A stretch of 64,000 nucleotides of DNA from Macrostomum lignano (lineage: Eukaryota): NCBI GenBank assembly GCA_002269645.1, contig NIVC01000980.1, positions 248,001 to 312,000 on the forward strand, written 5' to 3'. Below the pieces are notes generated by a model. That model saw only the letters and a program-made list of their open reading frames with translations. It did no database searches and was not told the origin of the DNA. Below, piece after piece: positions 11,501 through 22,543 of this stretch. A program made the translations under genes and the position numbers. How positions within the stretch are numbered: the first letter of the stretch is position 1; each line of letters opens with the position of its first letter.

Positions 11501-11721
11501 CTGACCGAGCCGCAGCGGCCTCCACCATGGCAGCAGCCGCCGCAGCCGCCGCCGCAGCCTCGGCGTGGCATCCGCAGCATCATCAGCTTCATCATCCTCA
11601 GCAGCATCAGCATCAGCAGCCTCTCATTCCGCCAGAGCTGCTGTGGGCGGCGCAGGCGCTCCACCCTCTGCTGCGGCCTCCGACAGTCACCAGCAGCTCC
11701 AACACAAACGCCTGGAGCTGA
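8588..11721 (+). CDS. hbn: Homeobrain, PRD-class Q50 homeobox; exons 8588-8711, 9022-9251, 11434-11721; 213 aa
   Basis: N-terminal eh1 motif FTIEGIL. Homeodomain [48 protein letters not shown]|[14 protein letters not shown] closely matches Drosophila Hbn as I recall it ([25 protein letters not shown]). Typical PRD-class intron between Q and VWFQ; phases consistent (642 nt). Confidence 0.88.
8755..9003. repeat. CTATGACCTATGT-type minisatellite in hbn intron 1
   Basis: Repeated CTATG/CCTATG units running nearly to the acceptor at 9021. Confidence 0.9.
9370..9790. repeat. GA-rich degenerate repeat in hbn intron 2
   Basis: GGAGACTAGAGAG / GGAGATTAGAG units. Confidence 0.8.
10895..11390. repeat. 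GCTAGATACCAGACAATAGATACCAGACACT minisatellite in hbn intron 2
   Basis: About 31-bp period made of two TAGATACCAG sub-repeats; ends about 40 bp before the acceptor at 11433. Confidence 0.92.
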
Positions 11722-12844
11722 GCTGCTCAGACACGGCACACAGCTTAGTAATCATTATTAAAAGACTTTGCTTAATCGCTTTATTTGCCATAAATGTTTG
11801 TCAATAATCAAATCTTGAACAATGTCCTTTACTATCCGTCACCTCGTAGTACACAATAAGCAGCCAACTTTCAACCTGTACATAATTCGCCTCACTCTGC
11901 TTCTAGAGGAGAAATGTTAATTTCAATGAAATAAACTATGAAACTGTACAAATGAAACCAATGAAACTAGGCATAACTGTGCTCATTTGCCATCAAAACG
12001 CTGTGTTGTGGCTCTGTTCTTTCTGTAGCCATTTTTTTTCTATCTCAATCAAGCGAAGACGGCCCTCCGACAGGGGCCGGAGCGGGGGAGGCTCTCGTTC
12101 GTGTTAAACAAATTAAATCTCAGTTGTCTATTTAATAGCGATGTCAGGAGGCCGAGACGAGAGAGAAGAGATTTGAGCCGCGGTAACATCTAGAAGAATA
12201 AAAGAAGCTCAGAAGCTCAGACACCGCGGTGCCATGATTTTGTGCTCAAAAATTCTGTGTGCCGAACTCTCCAGACCCACTTAAAGCAGTGCTCGCGGTC
12301 TCCCATTGTTACAGTTAATTGGCCCCCTCTTGTTGAGCTTGTTTAGTGACCTGTAATTAGCCTAACTCCTTCTTGGCGCTCCAGCGCATTTTGATAGATT
12401 TGCGATGCGTCACAGCAGTGCTCACAGATTCTGTCACAGAGCCCACAGCTGTCATTACAGAATAACACTGTAATGAGCCTTGGCTGTGCACTTGATTTAG
12501 CAGTTTAGTGTAATTGGCTCAAATATGCTGCTTTGCTTGCAGTATTCGAAAGCAATTATAAGGCGGCAGGCTAGAACATATTTCATTTTTCTGCTTGACA
12601 GAGAATTGCAGCCAACCAATGCTTGTGTGAGAAAACTACCTGAGTGAAACTATTATATGATTAAAAAAGTAGAGCCCTTTCATTAAAGAGAATTAGCTAG
12701 GACTGCGCAAGCTGAAGGTTGCAGAAGGCAGAACAATAAACACAGCTCACTGCTCTTCTCTGGTTGCTGAGGCCTCTTCAGATATTGTAATTTGGCTGGC
12801 AGCCGGCGCTTGAAGTGATCAGTTTGTGGAGCATTCTGCTTGTT

Positions 12845-13200
12845 GTACTACTCACTTAGGTATCTCAGCTAGTCTATGCTCTACTCACTCAGGTATCTCA
12901 GCTAGTCTATGCTCTACTTACTCAGGTATATCAGCTAGTCTATACTCTACTCACTCAGGTATCTCAGCTAGTCTATGCTCTACTCACTCAGGTATCTCAG
13001 CTAGTCTATGCTCTACTCACTTAGGTATCTCAGCTAGTCTATGCTCTACTCACTTAGGTATCTCAGCTAGTCTATACTCTACTCATTCAGGTATCTCAGC
13101 TAGTCTATACTCTACTCACTCAGGTATCTCAGCTAGTCTATACTCTACTCACTCAGGTATCTCAGCTAGTCTATACTCTACTCACCCAGGTATCTCAGCT
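12845..13200. repeat. 33-bp minisatellite (ATCTCAGCTAGTCTATRCTCTACTCACTCAGGT)
   Basis: Gives the 11-aa repeat ORF 12826-13245. Confidence 0.92.
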
Positions 13201-13789
13201 TCAGTCATATTTGAGGGCTTCGCCCAGGCGTCCGCCGCCATCTAGCTCTGGAAAAAAATGCCGCCCTAATTATTAATTAATGAGGGGTAAGCTGGGTAGA
13301 AATCATATTAAGCCACCTGCGGGCCCTTCTGTGTCAAGTTGATGGATTTGAAGCCGGGCCCACTTGTGCCAGCAAATTTGGTTGAATCGAAAGTGAATGT
13401 CAAAATTGAATTTTTGTTGGGTCAAATTTTTCTGCCAAGTAATTGAAGAATTGCCGCTTCTGCCTCGGCCCAGCTTCACTTGATGAAGCGCGGACGGGTC
13501 CTTCAGTTTGGTAGTTCTTCAAAAAAATTAATCAAGGTAGACTTAAGGAATGGAGCCTCTGTGCGGAGAAAAGTTTTCATAATTTTTATTTTCTTGAATC
13601 TTTGGAACAATGCCGCACTTCATTACGACGTGGCAATCTTTTCAATGCTATTTTTCTGATAAAAAGTTTGTGTTCATCACTAAACTACTCCTGGCTACAT
13701 AATACTAATATAATTATATTATATACGCTCGTAAAAACCTGATTGGTTATTTGTGTGCTTGTGAGATGGTAGCTGAAGCTGATTGAAGG

Positions 13790-14180
13790 ACCCTGAAGGA
13801 TCGAGGAGAGGGTAGCTGAAGCTCAATGAAGGATCCTGAAGGATTGGGGAGAGGGTAGCTGAAGCTCAATGAAGGATACTGAAGGATCAGGGAGAGGGTA
13901 GCTGAAGCTCAATGAAGGATACTGAAGGATCAGGGAGAGGGTAGCTGAAGCTCAATGAAGGATACTGAAGGATCAGGGAGAGGGTAGCTGAAGCTCAATG
14001 AAGGATACTGAAGGATTGGGGAGAGGGTAGCTGAAGCTCAATGAAGGATACTGAAGGATCAGGGAGAGGGTAGCTGAAGCTCAATGAAGGATACTGAAGG
14101 ATCAGGGAGAGGGTAGCTGAAGCTCAATGAAAGATCCTGAAGGATCAGAGAGAGGGTAGCTGAAGCTCGCTGAATGATCC
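13790..14180. repeat. 43-bp minisatellite (GAAGCTCAATGAAGGATACTGAAGGATCAGGGAGAGGGTAGCT)
   Basis: About 9 tandem copies visible. Confidence 0.92.
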
Positions 14181-14251
14181 TGAAGGGTTTGGGGGAGCTC
14201 AAACCAAAAAACTCAATGTTTATTTGCTGGTCATTGGAGATCAAATGAAGG

Positions 14252-15588
14252 TCAAGCGCTGGACTCGGCGCCCGCAGGCTGGCGCTGCTGCTGTTGAGAC
14301 TTCACGGCGTCCAGCTTGCGCTCCAGAAACTGGCGCCGACCGCCAGATGAGGCGGTCAGCCTCCTGTGCGGCTCGGCCGGAGCTGCCGACAGGTCGGCTG
14401 AGGCTGCAACTGATAGGTGAGCAAGCGTAAATGATAATTTGCTTCTAGTCACTCCTAATCGCTGCTTCTAGTCATCCCTAATTGCTGCTTCTAGTCACCC
14501 CAATGGCTGTTTCTAGTCATCCCTAATTGCTGCTTCTAGTCACCCCAATGGCTGTTTCTAGTCATCCCTAATTGCTGCTTCTAGTCACCCCAATGGCTGT
14601 TTCTAGTCATTCCCAATTGCTGCTTCTAGTCACCCCAATGGCTGTTTCTAGTCATTCCCAATTGCTGCTTCTAGTCACCCCAATGGCTGTTTCTAGTCAT
14701 CCCTAATTGCTGCTTCTAGTCACCCCAATGGCTGTTTCTAGTCATTCCCAATTGCTGCTTCTAGTCACCCCAATGGCTGTTTCTAGTCATCCCTAATTGC
14801 TGCTTCTAGTCACCCCAATGGCTGTTTCTAGTCATCCCTAATTGCTGCTTCTAGTCACCTCAATGGCTGTTTCTAGTCATTCCCAATTGCTGCTTCTAGT
14901 CACCCCAATGGCTGTTTCTAGTCATTCCCAATTGCTGCTTCTTGTCGTTCCTGTTGCTGCACCTGCTATATGAAGTGCAAATTCGGTTTCAAACAAAATC
15001 GAGCTCATCAGTACTAACTACTCTACTAACAGTAAGTAGCACAGCAAGCATTCTCAAAAGAGTGAGAATGAACTCACGCCTGGCTGGGCCGTTGGAATGG
15101 ATCCTGATTGGCAGGCAGACTCCGCCTGAGCCAACCCGGCCAAGCGAGATGAAGTAGGCCACGCTGACCAGGCTGCAGCCGCCGAGGTCGCTAGGTGCGA
15201 TCGGGGAGGGCACGCGGATGCTGGCGTTCTTCCAGATCACGTAGGAGCGGGCCTGAACCGTTCCCAGCTCTCGCTAGCACAGAGTCCGAGTCTCGGGGGG
15301 CGGCGAGCGGCCCTCGGGCAGGTGGTAGGAGATCAGCTGGAGTTGATGGATTGATTTATTGATTTATTGATTGCTTGATTGATTGCTTGATTGAATGATT
15401 GATTGATGGATTGACGGATAGATAAATGGATTGATGGATTGATGGATTGATGGATTGATGGATTGATTGCTTGATTGATGGATGGATGGATGGATGGATG
15501 GATGGATGGATGGATGGATTGATGGATGGATGGATTGATTGGTTGATTGATTAATTGATTGATTGATTGATTGATTGATTGATGAATG

Positions 15589-15620
<32 letters not shown>

Positions 15621-18600
15621 GATTGATTGATTGATTGATGAATGGATTGATTGATTGATTGATTGATTGATGAATGGATTGATTGATTGATTGATTGATT
15701 GATGAATGGATTGATTGATTCATTCATTCATTCATGAAATGGATTTGATGGGAATGAGGGAAGTAGAAACGTGATTAATAATGAAAATATTTCCGTTCTA
15801 TGGAAAATGCAAATAAAGTCCCTATCTCACTTAAAAATTAGCGACATACCAGTAGAACACCATAAATAATTAAGGACTTAATAAATAATTACGTGCTAAA
15901 TTAGAGCAAAATGATCATTCTGCCCATCTCTTCAATCTTCTACCTGCGTCAGCCGCAGGCTGATCGACTCGGACTCTGAGTCGGTGGGGTTCTCAGCTCC
16001 GATGTCCACCTGAACTGCCTCGCCAGCTGAGTAGCGCCGGCCGCCAGGCAGCCTCAGCAGGTGTTTGACCTTCATAGTGCTGCCCGACTGGTCGGCAGCG
16101 ACGCTGGAGACGCCTCCAGTGATGGCGACCAGAGGCTGATCCTGACCTCTGATGCTTCTCGGGAGAGGCTGCGTTTGGTATGAAGGATCAGAAAGATACA
16201 GTTGCGATATTTTAATCTCGTTCGAAGTTAGACTTGGTTTGTGGTTTGTGAATATTCTGGTTTGTGAATACCCTGGTTTGTGAATATTCTGGTTTGTGAA
16301 TATTCTGGTTTGTGAATATTCTGGTTTGTGAATACTCTGGGTTGTGAATACTCTGGTTTGTGAATACTCTGGTTTGTGGATATTCTGGTTTGTGAATATT
16401 CTGGTTTGTGAATATTCTGGTTTGTTACTATTCTGGTTTGTGAATATTCTGGTTTGTGAATATTCTGGTTTGTGAATACTCTGGTTTGTGAATACTCTGG
16501 TTTGTGAATACTCTGGTTTGTGGATATTCTGGTTTGTGAATATTCTGGTTTGTGGATACGGTATACTGGTTTGTGAATATTCCGGTTTGTGAATATTCTG
16601 GTTTGTGGATACGGTATACTGGTTTGTGAATATTCCGGTTTGTGAATACCCTGGTTTGTGAATATTCTGGTTTGTGAATATTCTGGTTTGTGAATATTCT
16701 GGTTTGTGAATATACTGGTTTGTGAATATTCTGGTTTGTGAATATTCTGGTTTGTGAATACCCTGGTTTGTGAATATTCTGGTTTGTGAACATTCTGGTT
16801 TGTGAATACTCTGGTTTGTGGATATTCTGGTTTGTGAATATTCTGGTTTGTGGATACGGTATACTGGTTTGTGAATATTCCGGTTTGTGAATACCCTGGT
16901 TTGTGAATATTCTGGTTTGTGAATATTCTGGTTTGTGGATACGGTATACTGGTTTGTGAATATTCCGGTTTGTGAATACCCTGGTTTGTGAATATTCTGG
17001 TTTGTGAATATTCTGGTTTGTGAATATTCTGGTTTGTGAATACTCTGGTTTGTGAATACTCTGGTTTGTGAATACTCTGGTTTGTGGATATTCTGGTTTG
17101 TGAATATTCTGGTTTGTGGATACGGTATACTGGTTTGTGAATATTCCGGTTTGTGAATACCCTGGTTTGTGAATATTCTGGTTTGTGAATATACTGGTTT
17201 GTGAATATTCTGGTTTGTGAATATTCTGGTTTGTGAATATTCTGGTTTGTGAATATTCTGGTTTGTGAATATTCTGGTTTGTGAATATTCTGGTTTGTGA
17301 ATATTCTGGTTTGCGAATATTCTGGTTTGTGAATATTCTGGTTTGTGAATACTCTGGTTTGTGAAGCGACAGCGCTAGCAGCCAGTCTCAGCTATGCCGA
17401 CCTTGACATCCGGGCCCCGCAGCTCCAGCCGGCGGCTGGTGTGGTAAACCGTTAGCGTCAGGCGCCGCCGCTGTCCGCTGTCTTCACCGTCGGCTTCGGC
17501 GACGGCCACAACGGCGTCCAGGCCGAAGGCGATCCGACAACGGCTGGCCAGCAGGCTGGGCGGGCAGTCGGGCGGCAGTCGCAACCGGAACGGGAACTGG
17601 TGCCGAGTGGCTTCCAGGGGCTCCCGGTGGTCTGGCTCATCTGCGGTGCGCATGTGCTGTGCTGTTGTCTCTCACGACTGCCGCTCACCCTCTAACTGCT
17701 TCCTACCTGCCGCTCACCCCTCTCTCTAACTGCTTCCTACCTGCCGCTCACCCCTCCCTCTAACTGCTTCCTACCTGCCGCTCACTCCTCCCTCTAACTG
17801 CTTTCTACCTGCCGCTCACCCCTCTCTCTAACTGCTTCCTATCTGCCGCTCACCCCTCCCTCTAACTGCTTCCTACCTGCCGCTCACTCCTCCCTCTAAC
17901 TGCTTTCTACCTGCCGCTCACCCCTCTCTCTAACTGCTTCCTATCTGCCGCTCACCCCTCTTCTTTAACTGCTTCCTACCTGCCGCTCACCCCTCCCTCT
18001 AACTGCTTCCTACCTGCCGCTCACTCCTCCCTCTAACTGCTTTCTACCTGCCGCTCACTCCTCCCTCTAACTGCTTTCTACCTGCCGCTCACCCCTCCCT
18101 CTAACTGCTTCCTACCTGCCGCTCACCCCTCTCTCTAACTGCTTCCTATCTGCCGCTCACCCCTCTTCTCTAACTGCTTTCTACCTGCCGCTCACCCCTC
18201 CCTCTAACTGCTTCCTACCTATCTCTCACCCCTCCCTCTGACTACTTCCTACCTGCCGCTCACCCCTCTCTCTAACTACTTGCTACCTGCCGCTCACCCC
18301 TCTCTCTAACTACTTGCTACCTGCCGCTCACCCCTCTCTCTAACTGCTTCCTACCTGCCGCTCACCCCTCCCTCTAACTGCTTCCTACCTGCCGCTAACC
18401 CCTCTCTCTAACTACTTCCTACCTGCCGCTCACCCCTCTCTCTAACTGCTTCCTACCTGCCGCTCACCCCTCTCTCTAACTACTTCCTACCTATCTCTCA
18501 CCCCTCTCTCTAACTGCTTCCTACCTATCTCTCACCCCTCTCTCTAACTGCTTTCTACCTGCCTCTCACCCTCCTCCCTCCAATCGCGACCTGCCTGCAC

Positions 18601-19989
18601 CTTCTCTCCCATGAATTTCCCTATTCTCCACATCCACCGTTTCCTTAGAAACAATACGAGCGTACATGTAGTTCGGGACAATTCTGATCGAAAAAAGCGG
18701 TTTGCAAGTCACGAGTCTCGGCATCAGGTTTCCCTAGCAACCCCTACACCAGGCAGGACTGTCCGAGCTCCGAGCTTGAACAGACCTCCAAAGCAGTACT
18801 CGTACAGCCCTGCCAATTAGCGCAGTCTTATTCGGGATGCTACTTTTGCCCGTCTCTCTGTCCTCCTCCTCCATAGTGATATTGCCAGCTGGCTCACCGG
18901 CGCCCCACAGACAGATCTCGTGATCAATGTAGGTCTCCTCGGCGTCCGTCCCGTCAGCTCCGGTCACCACGGCTGATCCGTACGCTCTCAGCCTGATGCC
19001 TGATAGTGGTGAATAAATAAGCAGTGAATGGTGAATGATCGGTGAATGACGAATGGTTATTAATCAGTGAATGGTTAATAATCAGTGAATGGGTAATTAA
19101 TCAGTGAATAGTTAATAATCAGTGAATGGTTATTAATCAGTGAATGGTTAATAATCAGTGAATGGGTAATTAATCAGTGAATAGTTAATTATCAGTGAAT
19201 GGTTAATAATCAGTGAATGGTTAATAATCAGTGAGTGGTTAATAATCCGTGAATGCTTAATAATCAGTAAATGGTTAATAATCAGTGAGTGGTTAATAAT
19301 CAGTGAATGGTTAATAATCAGTGAATGATTAATTAATCAGTGAATAGTGAATAATCGGTGAATGGTAAATAATCGGTGAATGGTAAATAATCGGTTAATT
19401 GTTAATAATCGGTGAATGGTTAATAATCGGTGAATGGTTAACAATCGGTGAATGGTTAATAATCGGTGAACGGTTAATTAATCAGTGAATAGTTAATAAT
19501 CGGTGAATGGTTAATTAATCAGTGAATAGTGAATAATCGGTGAATGGTAAATAATCGGTGAATGGTTAATAATCGGTGAATATTGAGAAATCGGTGAATG
19601 GTTAATAATCGGTGAATGGTAAATAATCGGTGAATTGTTAATTATCAGTGAATGGTTAATAATCGGTGAATGGTGAGAAATCGGTGAATGGTTAATAATC
19701 GGTGAATGGTGAGAAGTCGGTGAATGGTGAGAAATCGGTGAATGGTGAGAAATCGGTGAATGGTTAATAATTAGTGAATGGTTAGTAATCGGTGAATGGT
19801 TAATAATCAGTGAATGGTTAATAATCGGTGAATGGTTAATAATCAGTGAATGGTAAATAATCGGTGAATCTCACTCTGAATGTGAATCTCCTCTCGCAGG
19901 TTGGCAACCAGCCGGCCGCTGACGCAGCCTCCGCCATAGAACACGGTCTCCCCGTTGTCAAGCAGAATTTGAAACTCAACAAACGGCAT
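14252..19989 (-). CDS. Alpha-arrestin (ARRDC-like); exons 19989-19875, 18999-18898, 17640-17402, 16168-15944, 15336-15078, 14409-14252; 365 codons with an in-frame TAG at 15276-15274
   Basis: Arrestin-N motifs [36 protein letters not shown]. Arrestin-C motifs [50 protein letters not shown]. All junctions GT-AG with consistent phases (1098 nt); the donor at 17401 is weak. Confidence 0.82.
14440..14941. repeat. Minisatellite in arrestin intron 5 (alternating CTAGTCATCCCTAATTGCTGCTT / CTAGTCACCCCAATGGCTGTTT)
   Basis: Dimeric ~45-bp period. Confidence 0.92.
15345..15735. repeat. (GATT)n/(GATG)n microsatellite in arrestin intron 4
   Basis: Tetramer runs ending a few bases from the acceptor at 15337. 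Confidence 0.92.
16240..17365. repeat. 16-bp minisatellite (TTCTGGTTTGTGAATA) in arrestin intron 3
   Basis: About 1.1 kb of period-16 units with variant blocks (GGATACGGTATAC). Confidence 0.95.
17676..18570. repeat. 34-bp minisatellite (CTGCCGCTCACCCCTCTCTCTAACTGCTTCCTAC) in arrestin intron 2
   Basis: About 26 copies. Confidence 0.95.
19030..19870. repeat. 18-bp minisatellite (AATCRGTGAATGGTTAAT) in arrestin intron 1
   Basis: Array extends right up to the donor at 19874. Confidence 0.93.
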
Positions 19990-20459
19990 TGGCTTGCAGT
20001 TTTCAATCGGCATCTCGAATTTGAAGCAAAATTCGCTCACTACGACCTGGCCTTGAGGATAAAGAAAGGGATATTATCTACCCTCGTCCTCACCTAATCC
20101 TCTCTTCTAACCGAATCGTCTTGGTAATGATTGGAGGAGTTCTCGTCTCTCTATCTGCATCCCTGTGCCCGGGATGAGGTGGAAGTGGAACGAATGGGGA
20201 CGAAAGGTGTGCGGCGCCGATTTCTAATTCGAGTTCGAAACCCGGGATTTCTGTCCGAGTCGCATTCGCAGAGCCACGCCCAACTTGTTTACGGGGGGGG
20301 GGGTCGGGCGGCTGCGAGAGCCGCGCCGTCAGAGGGAAATGTGGCAGTTTATCTACTGAGCATTTATCCACTTCTAGTGAAGCTTTGCTAATGCTTTAAT
20401 CCAGCTCATTTCATGGAGCAGGGCCACCGGACAGTTGGAATTTCTCGGAACTCGAACTC

Positions 20460-21440
20460 GGACTGGGACCGAGATGAGGATCAGGGACTGGGACTAAAGA
20501 TGAGGTCAGGGACTGGGACTAAAGATGAGGATCAGGGACTGGGACTAACGACGAGGATCAGAGACTGGGATTATAGATGAGGATCAGATTGGGATTATAG
20601 ATGAGGATCAGGAACTGGGATCGGAGATGAGGATCAGGGACTGGGATTAGAGATGAGAATCAGGGACTGGGATTATACATGAGGATCAGGAACTGGGATT
20701 AGAGAAGAGGATGAGACTGGGATTATAGATGAGGATTAGAGATTGGGATTAGAGATGAGGATCAGACTGGCATTATAGATGAGGATCAGGGACTGGGCTT
20801 AGAGATGAGGATCAGGGACTGGAATCGGAGATGAGGATCAGGGGCTGGGATCGGAGATGAGGATCAGGGACTGGGCTTAGAGATGAGGATCAGGGACTGG
20901 GCTTAGAGATGAGGATCAGGGACTGGAATCGGAGATGAGGATCAGGGGTTGGGATCGGAGATGAGGATCAGGGACTGGGCTTAGAGATGAGGATCAGGGA
21001 CTGGGCTTAGAGATGAGGATCAGGGACTGGAATCGGAGATGAGGATCAGGGACTGGGCTTAGAGATGAGGATCAGGGGCTGGGATCGGAGATGAGGATCA
21101 GGGACTGGGCTTAGAGATGAGGATCAGGGGCTGGGATCGGAGATGAGGATCAGGGGCTGGGATCGGAGATGAGGATCAGGGACTGGGCTTTAGAGATGAG
21201 GATCAGGGACTGGGATCGGAGATGAGGATCAGGGACTGGGCTTTAGAGATGAGGATCAGGGACTGGGCTTTAGAGATGAGGATCAGGGACTGGGCTTAGA
21301 GATGAGGATCAGACTGGGCTTAGAGATGACTGGGATTAGAGTTGAGGATCAGGGACTGGGATCGGAGATGAGGATCAGGGACTGGGATCGGAGATGAGGA
21401 TCAGGGACTGGGCTTAGAGATGAGGATCAGGGACTGCGAT
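20460..21440. repeat. 26-27 bp minisatellite (GATGAGGATCAGGGACTGGGCTTAGA)
   Basis: About 1 kb array between the arrestin 5' end and the boule 3' end. Confidence 0.93.
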
Positions 21441-22543
21441 GGTCATTGGTACTGACCTCCCACAGGTCTAGCAACCTGTGAGGAGAATCGAGGACAATGA
21501 ACCTGACACAGAAACATAGGCCATAAGAGTATAGCTACAACAGCCTGCAGAATTGGATGCCGCACAGATGACAAGGCGATGAGGCAACTGCGCCAAGGAA
21601 AGTTTTGCCTGGTGTATTTTTCTAAACTATTTTTTAAAGCAGTTCATACTGATGAATGACAGAGATCTGCCGACACGCTACGATTAACAACAAATCGACG
21701 ATGCTGAACAGGTGACAATTTGATATAAATAAAGGCAGGCAAGTATATCATAAAATAGGTAATATTTGGCTGGGGGCGCGTATTTGTTAACAAATGTTTT
21801 AATAAAAAAGACAATTCAAGTACACGTGCAGGCGCACCATCCGTTTATAAGTAGATATTTATAGATATGTATGCGAATGTGTGAATGGCGATGAGACTGC
21901 TCAGATATAGGCTAAGGTAAATGGGCGTTTGCTCAACTACAAAAAAGTCTAACGACAAAGGAAAGAAGCCATCCATTCAGCGTCCGCTCTCGAGGCGATC
22001 ATTTCGGGAGGGAGGGGGGAATTTAAAAACGACGAAGAAAAAACAAATCCGACCAGCTGCGACAACAAATCATTGATTTTAATAGCAATATTTATAATAG
22101 AATAAGAGACTACTAACGCGCGCTGTTCTGGCTACTGCAAGTAGCAAAGTGAAACTATGCATATATAGAGACCGAAATCCGATGAAATGAATGAGCGAAT
22201 TAATTAATTAATTAGTTATGCACGATTACTGCGGCTGATAGTACATGCCAGATTATAAATCGATGCGAGCACCGCGAAACAGAGCAGCTTAGTACAGTAA
22301 AGCGGCTAACGAAATCGTGATTAAAATGGGACGCGCGGGACGGCTTTTAATATAGAAGCTCCGTGCTAAAAAAAGACATGTAGCACAGAAGGCAGGTGAG
22401 CGAGCAATATACCTTGTGGATGTGTATATATATAATATCAAGCAATATTTTGGCCGCACAAAGTCAAGCGCATTTCAAGCGGACAGATTATCAATTATTA
22501 GGGAGTCCAGGTATTAGTTAATCCACACCAACTTAAGTCTGCT

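Noticed and set aside
18750-18815. Extra arrestin exon ([20 protein letters not shown])
   Set aside because: Weak donor (GTGTAG), and the protein is already complete without it; cannot be supported without cDNA.
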